Shown in pieces: positions 47,007 through 59,371 of a stretch of DNA of 64,000 nucleotides; the first letter of the stretch is position 1, and each line of letters opens with the position of its first letter. The translations under genes were made by a program, and so were the position numbers. The notes beneath the pieces were generated by a model, which saw only the letters and a list, made by a program, of their open reading frames with translations, was not told the origin of the DNA and searched no databases. The stretch is from Eledone cirrhosa (taxonomy: Eukaryota), in assembly GCA_964016885.1 (NCBI GenBank), contig OZ024742.1, positions 86,800,001-86,864,000 on the forward strand. Reading direction: 5' to 3'.

Positions 47007-48916
47007 TGTGTGTGTGTAATGTATGTATTTATATAAGCATGTATGTAAGCATGTATTTATATATGTATGTATGTTTGTATGCATGTATATTATATATTCA
47101 CCAATAGGTTTGCAATAATGATATATTTAATTTTCAAAATGTCCAAATGCCCAAATATATCATATCTTAAGATCATTTAATGATGATTCTGCTACTGGTG
47201 GTCGATTTTATATTACAACATACTTTTGAAAAATATTTTTCCATCACCTGAACTTGTTATAAAATTCTTTTCCTTTAATTTGATAATTTCTTGTTCAAGC
47301 CATGTACTGTGTATTTTTACTTTCGTATCATATTCCTCTAATGTAATAATTTTTTTTTTTTCATGGTATAGAACGTTCATTTTGCAGGTGTTTGCAATTA
47401 AGTGAGATAATGAACTCGTGAATTTCCAGTTCAAATTAATCCTAACACATTGAATTGTTGAAATAAGAAGTTATGTGTGAATAGCTATCAGATAAACGCC
47501 TGAAAATGAGACACACTATCAACCTTCAATTTTCGAAAAAGAAATGTATTGCCTTACTGGAAAATAATTTCAATTTTTATTATTTTAGTATTTGTCATGC
47601 ACAATGTAAATTTGAACGTTGAAAGTGTTATTTTTTAGGGGGCTTTTACAGATAGTAAGCGCATTGACATTGTAAGATTATGATTATGTACATCATACTG
47701 AGAGTGTACAACGTGATCAGTATTGGAATATCAACTTTCATATGTATCTGATTAAGAATGAAAATTGGAAAAGTAACGTTTGGGTCCCTGTATAATTAAT
47801 ATATTTCGACCGACAGAACTTTTGCTTCACAAAAAAAGTCCAGTATAGTTCACATAAGCAGGAAACCCACACAATAAAATGTCCTTCATGAACCATTTAT
47901 ATTAGTGAAAAATTAATGGAATATTCTTTTAACAATTATTATTTCCATGTAACTGATGATTAATGCATCAACAAATAAGTTTGCTTTCCTAACATTTTCA
48001 TGTTGCATTTGCCAAACACATTTTACAGTATGCATTTGATCTCCCAGTATGGTTCTGGTGAAGAAACCACTTCTATCTCCAATCAAGCTAATTCCTGCTT
48101 GTAAATATTCCTTCTACTAAAAATAGATTTACTTTATTTTATTTTCAAATGTTTCGTTTGGGAAAAATTGATTAATTTCCATTTTACTTTTTAATTTTCA
48201 AACAAAGTTTATTGTGACACATTCTGTCTCGTTGGAAAAGCTATAATACATATAGAATAGTGTAATTAATCTACCAGCTTATAGTGTACGATCACAGTAA
48301 ATGCCTCAATAAGCCATTCGAATGCTTTAAGCACATATATAATACCAACAGAGAATAAAAGAAAGAGGAAAAGAGAACAATTTGAAATGAGAGAGAAACA
48401 ATTATTAAGAGGTAAATTAAGATAAACTCTGTTTATATTATTCATGACCATAACAGTATTAGAAAGGCTACTACCTGCACATGCATGTACAATGTGTATG
48501 CATATTATTTTAATTAGCAACAACCTAGTAGATATATTGATTGTTATATTTAAGATATTATCGGGGTTAGACCATCTAATGTGTTTACATATTTAAGAGT
48601 CTTTTTTACGAACTCGGTTAGTTAGAGTAATGACTCGTGTTTTTCGACACAGGAAATCACGATGTATAATTAACTAATAAATATTAGGATATAATTTAGT
48701 TATTTCATTTTATAAAGCTTTTTAGATGTTTGGTAATATTACTCTACATAACCATTAACTTATGATACAGGATAATAATAGATACTTTTATAATGAACAT
48801 GAACAAAGTAATATGCTAATGATATCTATAATAGTGTAACTTTATTTTTATCTCATTAAAACGTTTCGTACTTACACAAGATTTCAATCTTGTATTCATG
48901 TATGTATACGCTTGAG

Positions 48917-49013
<97 letters not shown>

Positions 49014-49125
49014 GTGTGTGTGTATGTGTGTGTGTGTAGTAATAATAATAAATTTGAAGACTAAAATCCAAAGAGGGATCGATAAGGATAAATATATATC
49101 AAATATATAAGAAGCGTAGAGCAAA

Positions 49126-49420
49126 TATTTATTAAAATAACAGATTAAAGCATAAGCAAAGTCTCGCTGCTTTCACCATTAACGGGATCTTCTGAAACTA
49201 AAAAAAAATCAATCTTTGAACACGGAAGTAAATATTTCGAAAAACGTTGCAACCGAAGGAAGATAGGAAGACGCCTTCCTTTCTTCCTTCGGTTGCAACG
49301 TTTTTCGAAATATTTACTTCTGTGTTCACAGATTGATTTTTTTTTTAGTTTCAGAAGATCCCGTTAAGGGTGAAAGCAGCGATTCTTTGCTTAAACTTTA
49401 ATCTGCTATTTTAATAAATA
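49126..49420. repeat. Long near-perfect palindrome (~145-bp arms, 4-nt loop)
   Basis: Centre is GGAAG-ACGC-CTTCC. Each arm has a CAGAAGA-UCCC GUUAA GGGU-GAAA-like motif. Confidence 0.93.
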
Positions 49421-49421
49421 A

Positions 49422-49472
<51 letters not shown>

Positions 49473-51719
49473 GATTTGTTTATAGGGTGGATATATATAT
49501 ATATATAGTTAGCTAGCTACAACATATATACATAAAGGCATACACAGGAAAATATTGTTATTGTGCGCATCTCATTTGGGTTAAGTAACATGCACCTGTG
49601 ACGTTCCACCAAAAAATGGTTCGTATTGTTGTTGCCACGCTACGTCTCCAATATTCGGGACAATTGAACGACTTTCTTACCCTCGTGTCCAATAGCACGT
49701 GTCGTAGCTTTCACAACGCACCCTTCGTGGATTAAATTGAGGAATTCGTCGAGTACCTATCCCGCCGCGAGCACGTTAACTTCGATATCTTTCTTAATGT
49801 ACTTTTCTATCTTCTTAACTAGTTATTCTTCTCGGATAGCTTTCTCTATCACTACACATCTACTAGTCCTTACCTATTCTACTCTCATTCCCCTTTCAGG
49901 GTGAAACACCATCATTTGATGATGAATGCCACCGTCAATTCTTGCTAAACAAAATTCAATAATCCATTCTATGAAATTTCTGCGCGCCGGGAACGATGCG
50001 ATCAGCCTCATGTATCCGGGGTCCTGTCCATGAAGCCTATATAAATCGATCATACAGACCAGATATCAGTGAGTTATCGACTACTTTGAGATACGAACAC
50101 TTATGCTAGCCTTAACCTTTCGTTATATAATACGCTAGATTCGAACTGGATGACTATATGTGGTTTGAACATGTTCACAACTGCACACCTGGGAAATCCA
50201 GTCTTATATATCCGAGAGTTGGAACTTTAGGAGCAGTGTTACCAGACATTGACAGTCTATTCTCTAGTCTGCTAATACTGCACAATTCCTGTTTGCGTAG
50301 AAGATACAGACCCAGTCACTCAAAAATACCAAGAGTTCCTAGAAAGTTTTCTAACGAATGAAGAAACTTTGTCAACATGCAACTCATTATAAGATACGGT
50401 GATGGTAAACTTGTCCAAACACAAATATTGACATCGAAAGGAAAATATGAGGAATGCAGATATAATTTCCTTATTGTAGACATTGATCTCAGAGGTGCAA
50501 TATGACTAAGCAATTTTATCACTCTATCACTTCTACATCACAGCTCTCGGAGTTATAGTTTATTAACAACGAAATATAACACAACATTACCAAGTACACA
50601 TCTGCAACATCAATATATGTTTAATGAAAACAAAGAAAATTAGATGTCAGGAATTAATTTAATCCACTCAGTAATCTCTATTATAATAACTGATGACATT
50701 TTAAATATTGATATGGAGAAAAATTGTTATTTACTATATGATATCCTATCTGACTGAACAATAAATATTGTGGGAAACTTATAATACAATAATAAGTCAA
50801 ACACGTCAGTAATAGCTGTTTAATACAAACAAATGATGTAATATTTAGGAAACATCTATACACAACTGTACTGCACACCTCATAGCCTTACTGGGAATTA
50901 TTCTACAGGCACCGAAAGGAAGAAGATTATTTTTGAACCAATGCAATGATAATGAAATGATAAAGAAAATTTATATAACACTGCAAACCATTTTGACCGC
51001 ACACTATATATTCTGACAAAACTAGAAAATAATGTCACAGTGGAAATAACACACACGTAGGAAGTTAAAAAGAAAAGTGAAATAAATAAATGAAACGTAA
51101 AACATAGCGCGGGAATGTACATTACTTAATTAAAAAGGACAAAGTAATGGAAGGCTGAAACATACACTGTAATATGTGAAACTTGAAATATTGCGTGCAA
51201 AGCACTGACATCCACACAGTAACAAAATATTTTTAGGTTAGATGCATGAACCAAACAGTCTAAATTAGAAACCTTCAACAAAGGATGCAACAATACAGAG
51301 ACAATGGTATGATTCGATCAGATCAAAAGATTTTTTTTCTCAAGAGATAAACGATGGGTGGAAAAAAGCAAAGATTTGTACCTAACGCGGAACAATACAA
51401 ATGTTATTGGAACAATATATTGAGTATCAATAACCCGGTACAGAATTGTTGATTACATTCGTATCCAATAGTACTCAATCATAACGTATATCTGAAGAGA
51501 ATCTACCGATACAAGCGCAATGACATACCTATCTGGAAAACAGGTGTCATTCATGGTTTCTATCTTTAGTGTATAGTAATGTGTAGTAATGCTGATGAGG
51601 TAATACGATAACGAGAGTGTCACATTACAAACATTCAGGCCTATCACTCGGTTAAACACATAGTTAAACACATAGTTAAACACATAGTCTAACATTTTGG
51701 TCAGGTGTTAGTGAAGATG

Positions 51720-53330
51720 TTGGCACTTCCCGTCGAGAATTTGGTAGGGGAGGCGCTAACTTGCGCAATCTCAACCGATAACCTCCATTGCATGCAACAC
51801 ATCATAATGAGAGTAGGGAGTAAAACTCTATCCGTAGAGGCTATGATCAATTTAGATCAATGAAAGCTTTTGATAAGTTCGTCAATCGATTTGTTGAGGT
51901 TGTACTCAAGGCAGCTGGCGTCGGCATGGTCTTGTGAAAATGGATCACTGCAATCACATCCGAATCTGCTTTGTGATCAAAGTAAACTGACACGTTTCGG
52001 AACCGTTTCAAATCACGCTATCGTTCCGTTCGGGCTGTGTTCTATGTTCCCTTCTGAACGTGTTGACTTTCGAGCCTTTTCTATGGAAGTTGGTGCTGTT
52101 GCAGTGCATTCCGCTCCAAATGAGACGTGGAAGATGTACGTCAGCATATGTGGAGGGCAGTGAGGTGGTCAGCAAGACCTTAGTGGAATATGAAAGTTAG
52201 ACAGTACCAACACTGAACCAGTAAATGTCCGGGTGTTTTCAGCCGAGCACCACAGAGGCAAATCTACGCCGCTCAACAGCGTCGTCGGATGCTGGAGGGA
52301 TGGAGTGGGAGATTTTCTCGGGGAGTTGTTTGAGCCCGCATGTGAATGAGAACTGGTACAAGCTAATGAGCAGTCTGGGCACTCTCATCCACAAATGGCC
52401 TAGAGAAATATATTCCTGAAATATAACGCGAATGTGGCGAACACCTTCATCACGTCAGTCACTTATAACTGCATGACTGTTGTGCTTTGAGCTGTTCACC
52501 TTTCACCAAATGTGAACGACTGCTATTCTAAATGGAGTGCTTGGCATGCTACGACGGATGATGCGCAAGCATGCACTAAGACATCTACAGAATAGGTGTG
52601 ATCGCTGTTTGTGAGAGATGTCTTTCCACAGTTTGTCTCTTTGTCTGAGCTGCAGTTCTGAGTCAAGAAGAGACTGGGCGCCTGGCATCTGGAATTGTGC
52701 CAGGGACCGAATGCTGTAGACCAGCCGGGAAATGAGGTCACTGGAAATTCCATTTTAGAGTTCTATTGAAGATTACTTTCGAGTATTTACGAAATCGTCC
52801 TCGGAGATGATTTGAACGTCATCGAAATCGAACACACCAGTCTGTTCCGAAGGACTTTCAAGGTCTAGGGATGAGTTCTCGAAATTCTTCACTTGGCACT
52901 GCTACCAGCAGCACTGCTGGTTTGAAATAAAATTTCCAGGCACAGACGTGCGGTCATAAGGACCTGTAGGAGATGCCCCCAGTGAGACAAAACCGTTCCC
53001 CCATTCTCTCGTCTAGTGTCTGAGCATTACTGATGATTTGTGGAATTATGTTGAACAGCTGCTATCGCTTGTGGTACAGATCCGGCTACCGACCGTTTTC
53101 TTTAATCCACGAGGGAAGGTAATTGTTCTTTGTCTGATGGTTGTAGTGAAGTGTATGTGTGGTTGACAAATATGAAATTACTGAAGACATACACTGTATT
53201 CTTCGGCCTATGCCTCATCATAGATTTGAAGTTTCACTGGGAAATGAAAGGGAGAGTGGAGAAGGAAGTGATGCAGTTCACTATATTTGTTAAAGGGTGT
53301 GTGTATATAATGCGAGGATAGGCCATATGA
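51720..53330 (+). mobile_element. Decayed L1/Tx1-clade LINE ORF2 (RT and CCHC)
   Basis: DNLHCMQHII, AMINLDQ*KAFD, SEPFQIT..RSGCVLCSLLNVLTFEPFL, SAYV, and CRRCP..KTVPHSLV*C..LWNYVEQLL. Confidence 0.82.
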
Positions 53331-53604
53331 ATGGGCCTACTCTCTATGTACCCCTGTTGGCTGTCTCATTTGGAGGGGAAAGTGCCACGTCTCTGGCTGC
53401 TCTTGGAGCGTTGGGAGGTTCAGTTTTGTTGGGGTTCCCAAGTCAACCATATTTGGTCCTTCCATTTATGGGGAATTTTCATTGTTGTAATTATTTTGTT
53501 AGTTATTATTTGTTTATTTGATTATACTTGATTTTATTGTAAACCCAGACTGCCAACGCCCATACTGTTTCCCGTTATATGCAGGCTTTTGTAGCCAAAG
53601 AACA

Positions 53605-54428
53605 CATTATTATCATGTATATCATTATTTAACTGGAAGGTTTGTTCAAATGAACATCAATCCGTTACTTGCAACCTCAGATATTCAGGACGTATCGAGG
53701 GTTCTAGCTGTTCCCAGCTGGTATGCCTTTTGAATTGTGAAAAAAAAAATAGGCTGGACTAACAATGTTCCTCAACCATCCTTGAAAACTATTCGAGATA
53801 TTATCTAGTACACCTATGACAATCGGGACAGCCATGATCTCATAAGTCCCACCTTAAATTTGCTTCTTCTACTTTTCTTGGGCTCTGGTGTCAAAGGGGC
53901 ACGCTACATCTACAATCAGGCACAATCTTTTTTCCTTGTCAAAAACAACCAGGTCATAATTAGTGTGCTCTAATTTCTTGTCTGTCTGTGTCTTGAATTC
54001 CCATATCAACTTCACTCGATCATCTTCTATCACCGAATTTGGCTAATAGACATGCCGTTTCTCAGATTGTGGTAAATTATTTACTTTGCATCAATAACAG
54101 TACATCCTAAAATCCCAAAGCACCTTCACTTGATCACTTTCTATTACCGACTCTGGCTTATGCGCATACCACTTCTCAGAATGTGGTAAATTGTTTATTT
54201 TGCATAGATTCCAGTGAAACACCATGCCTATCATATCATGTCTCCAGCATTTATAGTGAGTCTGGGCTAGGTGTTTACACTCGGATGCAAAGTGAGCTAC
54301 AGTCTCCTCTCTCTCTCTCCACAGATCCTACACAGTGAGCTAGCCTCCTCCTGTCAATATGGTGTTTCACGTATTTCGTTCTAAGGCTTGCTCTTGCGCA
54401 GCCATTAGCATTCCTTCTGTGGCTTGCT
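53605..54428 (-). mobile_element. 3' fragment of a second R4/Dong-clade LINE
   Basis: TEGMLMAAQEQ, LCRICGE..ETVAHFASECKHLAQTHYKCWRHD, KVLWDF, TDKKLEH..DLVVFDKEKRLCLIVDVACPFD and QKAYQLGTAR. Flanks are TTA-rich. Confidence 0.85.
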
Positions 54429-54442
54429 TATTATCATTATTA

Positions 54443-54766
54443 TTACGATCTGAGTTCAAATCCCGCCAAGGTTGACTTTGCCTTTCATCCTTACGGGGTC
54501 GATAAAATAAAGTACCAGTAATGAACTGGGTTATTGCTGGCCTTGTGCCTAAAGTAGAAACAATTATTATTATTAATATTGGTGGTGAATTGGCAGTATC
54601 GGTAGAGGGTCAGACGCCAGGCTTTCTAGCATAGTTATATCCCTTTATGATCTGAGTTCAAATCCCGCCGAGGTTAACTTTGCCTTTCATCCTTACGGGG
54701 TCAATAAAATAAAGTACCAGTACTGTACTGGGTATTTGATGGCCTTGTGACAAAAGGTAGAAACAA
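54443..54766 (+). mobile_element. SINE family A: 5'-truncated copy (54443-54563) plus full copy (54581-54766) with (TTA)n tails
   Basis: Homology to family A; A and B boxes are present in the second copy. Confidence 0.9.
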
Positions 54767-56019
54767 TTATTATTATTAATATTATCATTATTATTATTAT
54801 CATTAGTAGTAGTAACAGCAGCAGAAGCAGTAGTAGTAGTGGCAGTAGTAGTAGTAGTCGTGGTGGTGGTGGTAGTAGTAGTAGTAGTAGTTGTAGTAAC
54901 ACATTGTTTTACAAAATACTGGCAGGATTACTGGAATTTCCTCTGATCTGAGATGTACTTGAGGATACTTGGATTAACAGCTTAAACTGGGGAACTGCAT
55001 TGGCTTGAAGCTACTTGACATGCGTAAGGTTAACTGTGAAGCAAGAATCAATACATTTTTATCGTGCACTTTTTATACTATACAAGCAATTAGGATATAA
55101 ATCATTGACAAGCTAGACAGGGAGCTCAACTTTTACATGAGAACCGTGTGTTCTTGTTTAAAATTGTGAATAAAAGCATGAATATTAATAAACAAGACAT
55201 AAAATATTATTAAACCACTGAGGAATTTAACAGAGAAAAATGTATCTCATAGATTTGTCGAAAAAGATGCATGGCTGGGATTAAATGTATTTAAATTGTA
55301 TCAAATATTGAAAATACTGTATACAATATAATATCTTGCGTATCATAATTTGAATCTATAGAGTATTTTATCGTGCAAATAAACATAATTAGTGGTCCGT
55401 AAATAATTCACATCAGACAAGAGCGTAAGAACGTGCTTCCAGTCGTATTCGTTCAGGAAGTTCATTCCATACCAAGTTCAATTATAGATATTCAAAAAGA
55501 CAACTGAATGTTTTAATAGACGGAAGGATATATACAGTATAAATTGAGGCATATGCTGTAAGTTCTTTACATTCTATGTCTTTCATTATTGAATCAAAGT
55601 ACTTAATTGTTGTGCTTTCATTGCGGAATTGAATGTCAGACATAGCATTATTAACATTTCCAATCAAATCAAAATTAGATCCAACTAATATATGTATATA
55701 TATATATATATATTAATTCAGTATTTACTATGCTTCGGAATTCATATAGCTCCGTATATATTTCCCCACTTGTTGGATACATCGTCGACAAGGATCTTCA
55801 GATTAATAAGAAATAATAGAAACGGTGTTTTTTGCAACACAATATTTAAGAGAGGATGGGATAAAATATTATATAAGACACATGGTAATAATGTTCTTAA
55901 TTTTCTCGGCACAATTCCTATAATTATTAATAAATAATGTTATACAGATTTAACTCAAATTTTATAAGCTAAATTCCCTACACATCTCATTTATAGTCTT
56001 TAGAATGTTATATTTAGCA

Positions 56020-56140
56020 TCTAGATGTTGTGACTCCAATTCCCAGACAGAGAAGTGCGTTGTTTCCTTCAGCAATACATTTCTTTCACGTTGCTGAGGT
56101 TCATTCAGTTGTAGGCGTGAGTGGTGACATCTTTGATGAC
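56020..56140 (+). mobile_element. Decayed SINE family B fragment
   Basis: GCGTTGTTTCCTTCAGCAATACATTTCTTTCACGTTGCT resembles the family B body. Confidence 0.45.
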
Positions 56141-56195
56141 AGAAATCTAAATGTACCTTTCCCAGCGGTCGATAAATGTCAGTGATGTAAAGTGG

Positions 56196-56237
<42 letters not shown>

Positions 56238-56781
56238 TAAAGAATAGAAATTGTTGCGAGCATGAAGCCAACAGCATTTCATAATATATAAGTGACTATA
56301 ACGTCAAAATGGAAAAATAGTTAACGTAAGATGTGGGAAAATAATTCAAACTCAATTAAAAAAAAAATCAAGACATAGATTAATCCATATAATTTTGTGA
56401 AATCCAGGGAAAAATAAATAGAGCCATAACTCAGAATAAAATCAAGCTTAAATACTCATCCTTCAATTTGGAAAAACTACAAATGCTCTGTATAGTCTTA
56501 AAAATACTATTTCGCAAAATCTTCAGTGGGGATGGTCACGGTTGGAGTCGTTCATCAGCAGAGCTGAAACACGATAATCCTAAAGCCACTGTAGAATATG
56601 CCAAAAAGGTAATTCAAAGACAGGCTAGTTCACCTCGTTCGTACGTAATTATGAAAAATAAACGCAATGGAGAGACATGGCTGGTGACGTCAGAATGAGA
56701 CGAATGTCTGTTTACATGAAACAACAGTCAAAACACATTCCGAAAAAAACTCTACAAGTGTAAGGAGTTCAGCAAAATAGC

Positions 56782-56823
<42 letters not shown>

Positions 56824-56890
56824 CGTAAAATAAGAAAATATCTTTTAAAAAAATTTTTAAAAAATTTTTTACTTACTTACTTAAATTTTC

Positions 56891-56972
56891 ACTCCAACTA
56901 ATTAGTTTCTGCAATGGGATAAAGACAGTTACATAATCCAACTGTCGAGAATTCATTGCGTCATCAGGGAGT
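56891..56972 (-). ncRNA. Type I hammerhead ribozyme, array 2 copy 1
   Basis: Minus strand reads ACUCC-CUGAUGA-C-GCAAUG...GACAGUU(loop)AACUGUC...CAUUGC-A-GAAA-CUAAUUAG-UU-GGAGU. Core is intact, stem I is ACUCC/GGAGU, stem III is palindromic, cleavage triplet is GUU. Confidence 0.85.
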
Positions 56973-57444
56973 CTATTCTCAGCTGAGCCTCCAGGCAATG
57001 CGCGGACACTGGCGGCTCATATAAAAATAATAATTCGGTAGAAAGAACAGCTAGGCGAGGACTGGATTCTATGTACTGAAATTCTCACTGCTTCCAGTCA
57101 AATGGCCGATTCTAAAGAATCAATCACGTGACATAGAGGCCAGTTAGAAGGAATGGGATGGTAAGATGACTGACGCCTACTAACACCCCCAAAAAAATTT
57201 TGAAGTGGTTTTGGCAGGTTTGCTCGACAAATCAGTGATTTGGAGATAAATATAGATAATTTAATATATCAACTAACTTAGGCGCACAGATGTACGTCCA
57301 TGCCAGCAAATACACAGGTTATGTCATAGTACCTAGGTGGTTCAATGCAGGAGGGTGCAGAACAATAATATAAAAGACGTAAAATAAGAAAATATCTTTT
57401 AAAAAAATTTTTTAAAAATTTTTTACTTACTTACTTAAATTTTC

Positions 57445-57526
57445 ACTCCAACTAATTAGTTTCTGCAATGGGATAAAGACAGTTACATAATCCAACTGTC
57501 GAGAATTCATTGCGTCATCAGGGAGT
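57445..57526 (-). ncRNA. Type I hammerhead ribozyme, array 2 copy 2
   Basis: Same sequence and fold as 56891-56972. Confidence 0.85.
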
Positions 57527-57997
57527 CTATTCTCAGCTGAGCCTCCAGGCAATGCGCGGACACTGGCGGCTCATATAAAAATAATAATTCGGTAGAAAGA
57601 ACAGCTAGGCGAGGACTGGATTCTATGTACTGAAATTCTCACTGCTTCCAGTCAAATGGCCGATTCTAAAGAATCAATCACGTGACATAGAGGCCAGTTA
57701 GAAGGAATGGGATGGTAAGATGACTGACGCCTACTAACACCCAAAAAAAATTTTGAAGTGGTTTTGGCAGGTTTGCTCGACAAATCAGTGATTTGGAGAT
57801 AAATATAGATAATTTAATATATCAACTAACATAGGCGCACAGATGTACGTCCATGCCAGCAAATACACAGGTTATGTCATAGTACCTAGGTGGTTCAATG
57901 CAGGAGGGTGCAGAACAATAATATAAAAGACGTAAAATAAGAAAATATCTTTTAAAAACATTTTAAAAAAATTGTTTACTTACTTACTTAAATTTTC

Positions 57998-58079
57998 ACT
58001 CCAACTAATTAGTTTCTGCAATGGGATAAAGACAGTTACATAATCTAACTGTCGAGAATTCATTGCGTCATCAGGGAGT
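57998..58079 (-). ncRNA. Type I hammerhead ribozyme, array 2 copy 3
   Basis: Same fold, with one substitution in the stem II terminal loop. Confidence 0.85.
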
Positions 58080-58551
58080 CTATTCTCAGCTGAGCCTCCA
58101 GGCAATGCGCGGACACTGGCGGCTCATATAAAAATAATAATTCGGTAGAAAGAACAGCTAGGCGAGGACTGGATTCTATGTACTGAAATTCTCACTGCTT
58201 CCAGTCAAATGGCCGATTCTAAAGAATCAATCACGTGACATAGAGGCCAGTTAGAAGGAATGGGATGGTAAGATGACTGACGCCTACTAACACCCCAAAA
58301 AAAATGTTGAAGTGGTTTTGGCAGGTTTGCTCGACAAATCAGTGATTTGGAGATAAATATAGATAATTTAATATATCAACTAACATAGGCGCACAGATGT
58401 ACGTCCATGCCAGCAAATACACAGGTTATGTCATAGTACCTAGGTGGTTCAATGCAGGAGGGTGCAGAACAATAATATAAAAGACGTAAAATAAGAAAAT
58501 ATCTTTTAAAAAAATTTTAAAAAAATTTTTTACTTACTTACTTAAATTTTC

Positions 58552-58590
<39 letters not shown>

Positions 58591-58907
58591 ATACATGTAT
58601 GTGCGTGTGTGTGTTTGTGAATGTATCGATGCTTGTAAAAAGTAAACAATAACCAGGAAAAGGAAATAGTAAACTGAAGAAACTTGAAATAAAGACGACA
58701 TAGTCTTACTACTTCGGGCACTACTCGTCCCTGAGAAGATAGCATGAGAAATAAAAATATCAAATAGAAAGATAGCAGTGGGAAGAGGAATGAAGATACG
58801 TATGTGTTTGTGTACATGTTTACACAAATACGTACATATACACGCACTCGAAAACACCCGCATACACACAAAGCACACACGGTTATACATGTACAACCCC
58901 CCCCCCT

Positions 58908-58936
<29 letters not shown>

Positions 58937-58939
<3 letters not shown>

Positions 58940-59312
58940 TAATAAAAGGAATTCTAAATTTGTCTGATTAACTCGTTTTATTTACAATCCTTTAAAATTA
59001 TAATGATATTATAATGAAATAGTATGCTAAAATATTAAACGTTAATTGAACTTTCATGCTTTCGTAATCTTCTGGTTTATATTCAGTCGTCACAGTCAAG
59101 TTTGCAATTTTCCACCACTGAATATGAACTTGGAGATTGCAAAAGCATGAGAGTACTTGTTCAATTAACATTTAATATTCTACCATACTATTTCATTATA
59201 ATATCATTATAATTTTAAAAGATTGTAAATAAAACGAGTTAATCAGACAAAGTTGGAATTCTTTTTATTAATATAATTTTCTATACACAATCATACAAAC
59301 CCGCGTATATTT
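58937..59312. repeat. Fold-back (inverted duplication) of the 28762-28992 family; each arm has a decayed hammerhead
   Basis: Arms are about 58937-59085 and 59118-59273. Cores are CAGAAGA (minus strand) and UUGGAGA (plus strand). Confidence 0.75.
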
Positions 59313-59371
59313 ATTTACACACACACACACACGCCCCCCCCCCCCCCATATATATATATATATATATATAT

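Larger units (their letters stand above)
56817..58551 (-). mobile_element. Tandem array (~3.1 x ~554 bp) of a non-coding hammerhead-ribozyme repeat; retrozyme-like or Penelope pseudo-LTR-derived element
   Basis: Unit start TAAAAGACGTAAAATAAG recurs at 56817, 57371, 57924 and 58478. Units are near-identical, have no ORF in the track, are flanked by (TA)n on both sides, and each full unit has one minus-strand hammerhead. Confidence 0.9.

Noticed and set aside
47224-47337. Minus-strand symmetric exon candidate (EYDTKVKIHSTWLEQEIIKLKEKNFITSSGDGKIFFK)
   Set aside because: It has TAG and GTATGT boundaries but no polypyrimidine tract, no partner exons and no recognisable domain; unresolved without RNA data.
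49560-51450. Possible upstream part of the L1/Tx1 element
   Set aside because: No endonuclease or ORF1 motifs could be read with confidence.
55765-55810. Minus-strand CUGAAGA...GAAA-UAUA-UA hammerhead-like motif (similar weak cases near 13360-13452, 32910-32955 and 62180-62215)
   Set aside because: Stem I does not pair or the core has several mutations; such matches can arise by chance in AT-rich DNA.
56817-58551. CRISPR-like array
   Set aside because: Whole units repeat with no unique spacers, no cas genes are present, and the context is eukaryotic.
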